Assembly: GCF_963853765.1 (NCBI RefSeq)
Contig: NC_088859.1
Span: 51,832,001-51,896,000 of the forward strand
Source of the DNA: Magallana gigas
Taxonomy: Eukaryota
DNA length: 64,000 nucleotides
Direction: 5' to 3'
A program made the position numbers and the translations under genes. Shown one piece after another: positions 26,101 to 36,500 of the stretch. Below the pieces are notes generated by a model. It was not told the origin of the DNA. It made no database searches and saw only the letters and a list, made by a program, of their open reading frames with translations. The number at the start of each line of letters is the position of its first letter. The stretch's first letter is position 1.

Positions 26101-26635
26101 CTTACGGTAAAAAAAAAAACGGTAAAAAAGCGTGTAAACACAATGCGGTTCCAAAATACATAAATATAAGTACATATTTCCTAGAACGTGGATCCATAGG
26201 ACGAGGCTTACTAGACCTTCCCCGGATAAAGAACCTGTGTACGCTTTGTAAACTTTCATTCACTGACTGTTGTTAATTGCGATCTTTTACCTGACGAACT
26301 TTGTTGAAACAAAGACATCGATGACTAAAACAAAAGTCCCGTGTGATGTCACAATGCTGACTGAATTTAATGACAAATCGCGTAATATCAGGAAATGAAG
26401 AATTTTTCACAAAATAAACTTTTTTACGCTTTATTTCACATCCTAGGTGAGATAAAACTAGTTCAGAATTCTGTTGACAACAGAAAAAGTGATGGATCAT
26501 CATTGGAAAAAAACCCAGCTGAATGAGCCTGCAGTCATGTCTCTTCAATAACAACAAGCATCTCCTTCACTGGAGGGGGGGGGGGGGTCTTACCTTATAG
26601 GGCGCCACCCGGTGGCTCTCCCCGAAACATCCCAT
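17192..26635 (-). CDS. SLC44A1: Choline transporter-like protein (SLC44/CTL1-like), complete, 18 coding exons, 647 aa
   Basis: Exons: complement join 26594-26635, 25686-25930, 25130-25375, 24925-25033, 21258-21321, 19911-20019, 19611-19746, 19435-19506, 19222-19288, 19045-19106, 18832-18938, 18545-18598, 18293-18379, 18073-18188, 17781-17947, 17607-17699, 17349-17441, 17192-17266. All GT-AG, phases consistent, 1944 nt. Motifs: MGC start, [85 protein letters not shown]. The paralogue (A1 versus A2-5) is less certain than the family. Confidence 0.93.
20025..21055 (-). repeat. 45-47-bp tandem array built from the 3' splice site and first ~30 nt of CTL exon 19911-20019
   Basis: Minus-strand unit ATATTTTGTATAG|GTGTATCGCTGTCTATCGTGATTCTGTTAACG versus the true junction AAATTGTAG|GTGTATCGATGTCTATCGTGATTCTGTTACG. 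About 13 well-preserved copies at 20460-21055 and decayed copies nearer the exon. Confidence 0.9.
21990..22430. repeat. ~172-bp diverged tandem unit, ~2.5 copies, inside the Ginger-like element
   Basis: CTA(G/A)AGATGACC recurs at 22063, 22237 and 22408, with aligned flanking sequence. Confidence 0.7.
22537..23058. mobile_element. ~520-bp MITE (family X), nested in the Ginger-like element
   Basis: Ends GAACTATATATAATA / TATCATATATAGTCC with subterminal TTGGCCCCC / GGGGGCCAT. A second, interrupted copy lies at 27768-29495. Confidence 0.75.
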
Positions 26636-27957
26636 CACAGATGTGGGGTCATCGGGGGCCGCTGTCTAGAGAATTAAACCCTGGAGCAGCGGGGCCGGGA
26701 ATCGGTGCATCTCCAATAAACCTGAAACAAAACATGAAACCTCGACAATTCAGTTTTGTCGGTCATTGTCGGGGACAGGGGGAGGACACGACCCTGGGTC
26801 AGACTCTGATTTATTTCAGTAAATTCTTCACCAAATTCAGAAGAAATTCCGGGAAACCCCTCTTGTCGTGTCCCCAGGTAAACAGCGTTAATTGTAGTAA
26901 TGAGTGTTATGTTCGAGGACCACAGCATGTCATTTTACCGTATTTTAATCACTTTTCTGACGTTCACGGTTTGTGTCAATTTAGACGGGATTCCGTTTAT
27001 CTATTTCTGTTTATGACAAGACATCAGCAGGAGAGGTCTTCCGGTCAGGTTTTAAGTTTACTTACCTTTATAATTAAGAATGAATCTCCTCGCCATGTCG
27101 CATTACGTCATAGAATTCGCATAGGTGAGCTTCAGTTGTCATGGCAGAATCGACCCGCAGGTTACTCTCGTTTATCGATTCCGCCGGACTGATGCCTGTC
27201 TTATTTGCATTGTAGATTCGGTCATATATCAACCATATCCTTTCTTTATATTAGTTTCACTCTGGTTCTTTGCTTTCTCTGTGTCTACTACTACAAATTG
27301 AAGGGTCGATGCACGTTATCATTTGTAATGTACCGATATTGATTTTAAAAATTTTTTTCGTTTGGTTATATACGCGATGAATATTATTTGCAACTCGTTA
27401 ATGTTATTGGTTCAGGTAAAATCCGAAAGTGACAAGTTGATGCTAAATGTAGCGGTTTTGATTTTATATTTATATATATAAGTATATGAGTATGTTCCAA
27501 AACCAGAGGGGTCACCGTAAACAACCCCTAACTCGGGGGAGTCGACAAAAAGTAGGGGGGAGTCGATTCCAACGCATGGGGGAGTCAATTTTCGCCGCTT
27601 CGGAGACGGGAGGAATTTAGGTCACGCCTTTTGTAGGTATTTATAAGAAGTATTTCCAAAAAAGATATTCCGCACGGAAGACAGCGATAGTCAAACTTTG
27701 TGTCGGTCATTGGTCCGAGTTCTCTATGCGTCTAGTAGTCTCAAACACTTCGAAAATATTTGACAAAGAACTATATATGATAAGAGTTAAATTTGGCCCC
27801 CATATTTCGCCATTTTTTAAGTGTTTCGGGTACAATAAAATGTTAACTAATTTTTTAGAAGAGTTGATATAGAATATATTTTTCATCTTTTTATTTGATT
27901 TATTTGCACTCACTGTCAGTATATGACGTCAGAAGTGACGCCATTTCTATAATTCAT

Positions 27958-28117
27958 TAAGAAATGAAGATAATAATTTTTCTATTGATCGACGTATCAA
28001 AGAAAAAATTGACCGGAAAACTTCATCAATGCGCGTAGCGCATTGATGAAAAAGTTTTCCGGTCAATTTTTTCTTTGATACGTCGATCAATAGAAAAATT
28101 ATTATCTTCATTTCTTA
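27958..28117. repeat. 160-bp near-perfect palindrome
   Basis: ~78-bp arms around a 3-nt loop: ..CATCAATGCGC GTA GCGCATTGATG..; the only difference is a 3-A indel. Confidence 0.93.
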
Positions 28118-28719
28118 TCATTTAATATAACATTTTCAAATCAAAAAATGTGAAGTGTCATTGATCAAAAATGTAAATAATGTAAATAAAGCGGCGCGTA
28201 TGAATACAAAACAACAACAGCAACAATATTCAAAATGGATGCGTCTTCAGCTGATGCAGAGCTATTGTACTGAATTTAATGGATTAAACACAAATAGTGA
28301 GTTAAAATCAGAACCGACTGAATTGAAAACGAAAGGAAAATACATGCGATAGCTTGTGATATTATTCACTGTGCAGAAAAATTCGTAATAAAACTAGTTT
28401 TCATGTGAGATCGGTGGAATATGCAACTGGACATAACCATCCAAGGAGAGGCGATCGTGGACGAAAATAGTTGTTATGTCGACAAAGAATAGTATGTATA
28501 AGCGACTTTTGTAAACGTTGTGGTAACTAGATAGCCAGTGATGTACTTAAATGGTATACTAGTATCTGCCGCTTGGAATGCGCCGAAGGAGTTGATGCAT
28601 TGTACTCATAACGATGCTTATTTTGAATTTCTGATGACCGATCATGTAGGGTACTGTGTAAATATAAAAATCATCGTTACCAAATTTGAACAGCAGTGTT
28701 ACCGTGAAAGTGTATGGGC

Positions 28720-29109
28720 CTATATGTTCGTTATAATTATTCCGGAAAAGGAACAGCCAGCCTCGCAGTAATGTTGATTGATCTCAACGACAAGCAGACG
28801 AAATCGTTAGAAGACGCTTAATTTTCTATTTCGTGAATTAGATATTGTGTTTTGTTTATTTTTGAAGGTTAGACTTTCAAGTTTTTATGTTTATAAAGAT
28901 GTATTTTGTTTGCTGACAATAAAACAGACACAACATTACACTTTGTTGACAGTGTTTTTTTTGAAAATTCCCGTTCTATAAATAGTGTTTGATCAGAACA
29001 GTTGAGAAAAGTAGATCCGGCAAAAAAAATTATTGATGCAGGTATCAAAGAAATTTTTCGACCAATCAGAAGCGCCGATATCTCATCAAACGAATAAATA
29101 TTAAATGAT
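28720..29109 (-). repeat. Interspersed repeat (family Y), inverted homologue of 50620-51000
   Basis: Its reverse complement matches 50620-51000 (for example GCGCTTCTGATTGGTCGAAAAA, ACACTGTCAACAAA, CGATTTCGTCTGCTT). Confidence 0.8.
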
Positions 29110-30630
29110 ATCAAAATCAGCCAAAAATTAACATTTTTCTTATCTATTTACGAATGGGAAATATAGAGCGCATGCTAGAACAAGGAAAAATTTTTTGTCA
29201 CTTATAGGCCTTGGCTAGATACACCTCTGATTAAAATATTTTATTTGTTCAAGAATGCGCTCTATGTTTTCGGAAGGAAAAACTTCTTGAAAACAAGCTG
29301 TTTTACGCAAAAAATGCAAAAATGGCGGGAAAAGGTTGTCTTTACAATGTCATATTTCTAAATTGTGGGCACTTGAACCAAAATGAATATTATGTAAACA
29401 CATCACATACATATCTGTACTAAAAAAACAAAGAATGATAGTAAAATGATGTTGTTCATTTTAGGGGGCCATTTTAGGCACTTATCGTATAGTCCTTTCA
29501 AATTCACGGTTATCGGGTGGTCAAAATATGCATGATTTGTAAAATATACGACTTGCTTTGGGTTACAGACAGTTGAAACAGTCGAACAAATGATCAACCT
29601 TGTAAGTGCAATGATCAAATCCTAACAAATCTTAGGAAAAAATGAATGATCAAGACATTTTCTGTTCAGATGTAACGGTGACGAAGGGGGGAGTCGATTT
29701 TCAGAAAACCGAACGCACGGGGGAGTAGAAAATAGTGTAAATTTAACTTTACACTGAACTTGTATCATCTTTCAAACCTTATTTGATATCAGTTGTCAAT
29801 ATATAAAGTATATTAAACACTGTTTACAAACGGTTTCATAACCAGTAGCTAAAAATGCAAAATATGTGTTCAAATAAAACGATATATCTTCATAACTTTA
29901 CTTTTTCTCTTTTCTTGTGATTTGTGTATCTCAAACCATATCAAAGACACATGGGGTTCACAACAACATTCACAGAACTACATTTATCTGTTGTGTTTTG
30001 TCATTATCCTGTGTGTGTGTTGTTAGTTTGTTTGTTTTTTTAAATTCGTTGTTTTCGTACATATAAACACACTAGTAATACAGAGGATATGATTTAAAAT
30101 GCTGTATTTGTTTTTGTCATCTGTATATCATGTATGTATTTGCTACCGAAGGGTGGTTTGTGGGTGCTCTTGTCAGTATGATTATCTAGTAAGGCCGCGG
30201 CGACGTTGACTTGTTAAATTGGGGGGGGGGGGGGGGGGGGCAAAAAGTAGTTGTATTCCTGTGGACTGTATGTGAACAGAATGCCTGCTTTTCTCTTTTG
30301 TGCTGATTGAAGCATAGTTAAATCATAAATTTTATATTTGGCTGATGAATTATATAATTATCAATATATGTACTCCTATTGTACGATAAATAGTATAGTC
30401 ATCAATTGTGTTTATTCAAACAATAAAGTGCTTTCTTTGGTTATGCATACCGGTATATGATGGTAGCTAACATTCAAGAAAAGTACATAATCCGAGTTAT
30501 CAGTTTACGTATGTATATATATCCTGATATTTTTGCTACTATCATAGCCCTAAGAATCACTGAAGAAAGCATGTTTACTGTTTATTTTGTAATAGTGTAT
30601 ATATAATAGGCTCATTACTGTCACGCTCCT

Positions 30631-30700
30631 ACTAGCACTAGCTAGTTGGACCGTTGGTTATTAAACTGAATAGTCGCAGGTTCGAGCCTAGATCTGGTCA
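30631..30700 (+). pseudogene. Degenerate tRNA-derived sequence (SINE head or tRNA pseudogene) inside the Transib-like element
   Basis: A-box-like TAGCTAGTTGG (30639-30649) and B-box GGTTCGAGCC (30679-30688) at tRNA-like spacing. The stems do not pair properly, so this is not a functional tRNA. Confidence 0.4.
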
Positions 30701-32293
30701 TTCCTCCATTTTCTATCACTATATATTTTCATCCACCAAGTATACTTTCCTCTATTTCTTACGGAAATTGATTGTATAGTATAATTCATAGCTCTGAAGA
30801 AACTGACAGGACTGAAGTCTATACGCCTCGTTTATCAACAGCTCGAAATCTTCATCAAGCTAGGAAAAATCACCGACTGCACGAAATGATCATGATGATG
30901 TCAGACTCAGTTTCTAATTAAATACGATTTGGCTGCTGCTCTTAAATAACGTACTGATGTACATCGACTATCATTTAGTTAGTTTTACTTTTTACAATCA
31001 GTTTATTGATGTTTTAAAAGAAAGATGTACATTTAAACAATGAAATGCTTTCTTTGTTGATTAATGTAGTTAACGAATGTAGCAATTATTGCAGAAAAAA
31101 TACGCATTTTTTTCTGCAATGTCGCCATCTTCATATCCCGCATGAATCACTAAAAAAAAGCATTTTATTTTTTTATTTATTGTCAAAACGTTACACTGAA
31201 CTAACATCCATATTCCGGATCCATATATGAAGAAGTTACCATGAGAACTATAGCTACTTGGAAGTTTGAACTTAGCCCTTGTACAGTCCGTGCTTTCGAT
31301 AAGTAGCTTTACTAGAATCGCTCAATCAAGAAGGGAAAAAAACGCACGCAATTCCAACGTTAACATTAAAAGTACAAAAAGACATCAACGACCGATGTAA
31401 AATATTTATCAATATAGCTCTTCAAATATTTTTTAAAAATTTGATCAGCTAAACTATGGATTAAAAAGTAGTTCTTGAAAGTCAATTAAACGTTTATGAA
31501 TACGTTCACACACATGTGGTTCGTTTCAATAATTCGCGCAACTATATGTTTTTTAAAGAAATAGAAAGAAAATACCTTTTAATAAATGTATTCTTTTTTT
31601 AATTCAATTTAAAAATAAAATAAAAACAAAATATGAAATTAAATGGAAAACATGAGTAGTACATGTACCTGTCTTTATTGCTTAAATAATTGTGAATAAG
31701 TTGAACCAATTTATTTATTAGATAAAGTCGACTTTTATAGACCTCGTAATTCTTTATGAAAATATAAGTTGAACATTCCCGATAGAGTGAATTGAATTGA
31801 ATTTTTCTACTCCCCCATGCGTTCTGTTTTCCGAAAATCGACTCCCCCCTACGTCACCGTTACATCTGAACAGAAAATGTTTTATCATTCATTTTTTCCT
31901 AAGATTTGTTAGGATTTGATCATTGCACTTACAAGGTTGATCATTTGTTCGACTGTTTCAACTGTCTGTAACCCAAAGCAAATCGTATATTTTACAAATC
32001 ATGCATATTTTGACCACCCGATAACCGTGAATTTGAAATTTGTCAAATATTTTCGAAGTGTTTGAGACTACTAGACGCATAGAGAACTCGGACCAATGAC
32101 CGACACAAAGTTTGACTATCGCTGTCTTCCGTGCGGTATATCTTTTTTGGAAATACTTCTTATAAATACCTACAAAAGGCGTGACCTAAATTCCTCCCGT
32201 CTCCGAAGCGAAGAAAATCGACTCCCCCATGCGTTGGAATCGACTCCCCCCTACTTTTTGTCGACTCCCCCGCGTTAGGGGTTGTTTACGGTG

Positions 32294-32404
32294 GGGGTGT
32301 TCAGCAGAGCGGGTGCTCGCGAGCGCTCTCCAAAATTTGTGTTGCAGGTGTAGGGAAATTAATTGGCGAGCGCTGGCGAGCACCCGCTCTGTTGAACACG
32401 CCTG
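32294..32404. mobile_element. ~115-bp mini-MITE whose left TIR was the insertion target of the Transib-like element
   Basis: GTGTTCAGCAGAGCGGGTGCTCGC ... GCGAGCACCCGCTCTGTTGAACACGCCTG. Removing 27513-32293 and one TSD restores a CAGAGGGGTGTTCA left end. Confidence 0.72.
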
Positions 32405-33262
32405 TGGTATCCCTAGCTGTCACCACCCCCAAACATGTCACCTGACGATGTGTACAGTGTGAAAATTCCAATCACTGCTTTGTGTCACTATTTAAGCAAA
32501 AACCTGTAAGTTCTAGAACATATCATATCATATTTGCGATGCATTAAACGCTTCGAAATAAATTCGCTTTTAGGGCGAGGTCTCTCCTCATTTTATGTTT
32601 TTAATGCTGTATAACTTTAATCATTTTTTCCAGAAAAAATAATACCAACCCTTGGACGATTCGGCAAGAGAACCGCTGACTTCTCGGCTCTAACCGACAA
32701 CTTATAGCCTTACATCTCTAAATAAATAGAATGTTTTAGAAAAAAATATATGCTTCTGTTGTGAAAAATAGTATTTTGTGGCATTTTTTGATCGAAAAAA
32801 ACTCCATTCATTTTTTAGAAGAATTTAAGAACGTGTCACTGGGTTTATATTACCAAACTAGTATATAGGTTACTAAAATAATTTAGCAACTTTGCAATTT
32901 ACTTTGAGAAAAAGTAAGAGTGTACTTGTGTGCATCCTCACGATTTCGGGGTCCTGTGTCCACTTCGGCTGTGGGATGTTCCATGGCCATGCACAATAGG
33001 ACTCAGGTCAGTCAGGACCCCCGATGTAGCCAGGATATTCACGAGATTACGGTGTAATCGATCTAAATTACTTTTTCACTAATTTCGTAATTACCATACA
33101 AGGGGCTTTTCTTTTTTAAATATCTTTTTACTTAAACAGAACAGGAAATAACTGTAGGAGGAAACAAAGAAATTGAAAAAAAAAAAACACCATGAATTAT
33201 GCTACATCAATCATGTGAAATAAGCAAGGTCTGGAAAGTGGAAACCGCCTCGCACCGTTATC

Positions 33263-33339
33263 CATCTTCGCTAGCCAAGGGTTTACGATCCGCTTCTCTC
33301 CTCTAGAAGCGGATCGTAAACCCTTGGCTAGCTAAGATG
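33263..33339. repeat. 35-bp-stem hairpin ~245 bp upstream of the ZNG1 ATG
   Basis: CATCTT(C)GCTAGCCAAGGGTTTACGATCCGCTTCT ctcctct AGAAGCGGATCGTAAACCCTTGGCTAGC(T)AAGATG. Confidence 0.9.
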
Positions 33340-33581
33340 ACCATTATCAGAAATTGATAATGCTGGTTACGAATAAGACAAGGTACGAGCTAACAGGAAT
33401 TTTCGCGAGAAAAAAATAAACAAGCATGACTTCGGCAGTTTAGACTCCACTGTCTTAAAAAGCCCATCTCACCGTGCAAACATCACTGGATTGACCATAT
33501 TTCATTCTTGAATTGAAGCTCACATTTCTCCACAGATCTCCGTCGCTATAATCCGAAGATCACGCGCTAGCCGCAATCGGA

Positions 33582-36500
33582 ATGTCAGACGAAGACGAGG
33601 AAATTCCGGACCTGGTTCCTGCCACCTTTGAGAGGGTCCCCATCACTGTCATCACTGGATTCCTCGGTAAACTAACAATTTACCGAAACATCTCACACTG
33701 ATTACAATTTCACGCGACAAAATGTAATTAAAAAAAGGTTTTCATCCTTTCTATGCAATCAATTGATCAACAGTTTACACAAATTTCTACAATCAGGCAA
33801 TATATTGCTCATGCTGTTTAAGATAAAATAGAATATGCTGAATGCAAATTAAAAATCAAATTTGTTAATGTTTAGAGCAATATATCTAACCATGCTAACC
33901 TCAGAAACACAGTACAATAGTAACAGAAAACGTCATACACAGACTGGCTGTATTAACAAAGATGTTTTCTATTAAATGTTCAGGAGCAGGAAAAACCACT
34001 CTTCTGAATTATGTCTTGACAGAGCAGCATGGAAAGAGAATCGCGGTCATCATGAATGAATTTGGTGAAGGTACATCACAGCATAACCCAAACAATGTTA
34101 TTGTGCAAGATCTGGGACGTATACACTGTATTATATAGTATATACGTCCCCGGCTAGATGTAGAAGATGTTTCTGATTCTGTGTTTGTTTGCCTATCTGT
34201 ACAATTATGTTATTGTTATGTGTAAGATCATTGGTCAGGTACAAGGACAACCAATAATGGATGTCCCGTGCCCCACTATCAACCATGGCCACTTTAATAT
34301 TCTTCTTTCTTATTCTGACATATTCTTCTTAACCAATTACCTGTACTGGCCGTAGATGTAATTTCTTATGTAACTGTCATCCTTTCTCATTGGATTCAGG
34401 AGACTCTATTGAGAAGTCCATGTCTGTGGGACAGGAGGGTGAACTCTTTGAGGAATGGCTGGAGCTTAGGAATGGATGCTTGTGCTGCTCAGTCAAGTAT
34501 GTGGCTAGTTGTGGTTCATTGTAGCAGGTATCAATGTAGCTCACATTGGCAGCTTTTGTGATTTGTGCACTCTTTTTTCCCACTGAACTTAGTACATGTG
34601 TATATTTTCAGAGATAATGGGGTCAAGGCCATAGAGAACCTGATGACCAAAAGAGGGCGCTTTGATTACGTTCTCCTGGAAACAACAGGACTAGCAGACC
34701 CTGGTATGGACTACATACTAACTCAGTCTTATTTTATGTTTGTGTCTTATTTCTCTTTCCTATAGCTCTATACAATGTTGCTACAATAATAAGATTTGAC
34801 CCTTTTGTCTTAGTCTCAAATTAGACCATCACCACACATTTGGTTAAAGGTGCTAATACATTTCATTTGGAAAAAATCAATCATTGATTCTTTTGACCTG
34901 GAAGAATAATTTCTGAATATTTCTGAATTTTGTAATAACATGTCCTTGCACCTTTTGTAAATCAGGAAAATGACACACAAACATGCAAAATTAATAATTT
35001 GTAAAATTTGAACACTTATCCTTTGTTTGGTTTGGTTTGCCCATTATAGGCAGACAAGGTTTCATCTATTAACTTCCTATATTTAGTTAGTGTGGCTGAA
35101 GCTTTAATTGATATGTTTTCTACTCATTAGGTCCTATAGCCTCTATATTCTGGTTAGACGAAGAACTGTGCAGTGAAATATTTCTGGATGGTAAGTTAAA
35201 CAATATCATGATTTCTAGTGCTGTAATAATAAAATGCTATTTATATTTTATATATGTATGTATTATTGACCTTTAAGAATTGTATTTGACTGCCTATAAA
35301 GATGTTAATTTATTAACACCACATGTTTTTGTTTTAATCAGGTGTCATCACCATGGTGGATGCTAAACACTGTCTACAGGTATAGAACACTGACTCAGGC
35401 TGTAGAATGAGATCCAGATACATGTATAATATCCATGGAATTAGGCTGTAGACTGAGATCCTGATACTTGTATAATATCCCTGCCTGGAATTAGGCTGTA
35501 GAATGAGATCCTGATACATTTATAATATCAATGGAATTAGGCTGAAGACTGAGATCCTGATACTTGTATAATATCCCTGCCTGGAATTAGGCTGTAGAAT
35601 GAGATCCTGATACATTTATAATATCAATGGAGTTAGGCTGAAGACTGAGATCCTGATACATGTATAATTTCCATGGAATTAGGCTGTAGACTGAGATCAA
35701 GATACGTGTGTAATATCCATGGAAATAGGCTGTAGACTGAGATCCTGATACATGTATAATATCCATGGAATTAGACTGTAGAATGAGATCCTGATACATG
35801 TATAATATCCATGGAATTAGGCTGTAGAATGAGATCCTGATACATGTGTAATATCCATGGAATTAGGCTGTAGAATGAGATCCTGATACATGTATAATAT
35901 CCATGGAATTAGGCTGTAGAATGAGTAAGCTGTAGAATGAGATCCTTATACATGTATAATATCCCCATGGAATTAGGCTGTAGACTGAGATCCTGATACA
36001 TGTGTAATATCCATGGAATTAGGCTGTAGAATGAGATCCTGATACATGTATAATATCCATGGAATTAGGCTGTAGAATGAGTAAGCTGTAGAATGAGATC
36101 CTTATACATGTATAATATCCCCATGGAATTAGGCTGTAGACTGAGATCAAGATACATGTATAATATCCATGGAATTAGGCTGTAGAATGAGATCCTTATA
36201 CATGTATAATATCCATGGAATTAGGCTGTAGAATGAGATCCTGATACATGTATAATATCCATGGAATTAGGCTGTAGAATGAGATCCTGATACATGTATA
36301 ATATCCATGGAATTAGGCTGTAGAATGAGATCAAGATACATGTATTATGTAATTTTTTTAATGACAATTTGATATTTTATTGATATATCTAAGAGTTATA
36401 GTTCAAATTTGCTAATAAGTCATAACACACAAGTTTAGTTACTTTAATACTTTATAGTCTTAGTATTTCAATGCAAGAGTTATGGAACTTGGACAAGAAT

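Larger units (their letters stand above)
27768..29495. mobile_element. Second copy of family X MITE, inserted in the left TIR of the Transib-like element and itself split by a ~1.15-kb insertion (27957-29109)
   Basis: 27768-27956 and 29110-29495 align colinearly with 22537-23058. The intact right TIR shows the pre-insertion site TGACAAA^TTTCAAA. Confidence 0.78.
27513..32293. mobile_element. 4.78-kb non-autonomous DNA transposon with CAC termini, ~480-bp TIRs and 5-bp TSD (Transib/RAG-like signature)
   Basis: GGGGT|CACCGTAAACAACCCCTAA ... TTAGGGGTTGTTTACGGTG|GGGGT. The left TIR (27513-27767 plus 29496-29730, split by a later insertion) is near-identical to the reverse complement of ~31803-32293. 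No transposase ORF. Confidence 0.8.

Noticed and set aside
26641-27192. 183-aa + strand ORF
   Set aside because: No recognisable motif; it overlaps the probable CTL 5' UTR exon and intron in antisense (acceptor near 26722, donor near 27065).
33401-33410. TTTCGCGAGA, close to the TCTCGCGAGA promoter motif, upstream of ZNG1
   Set aside because: Single imperfect 10-mer; not distinguishable from chance without conservation data.
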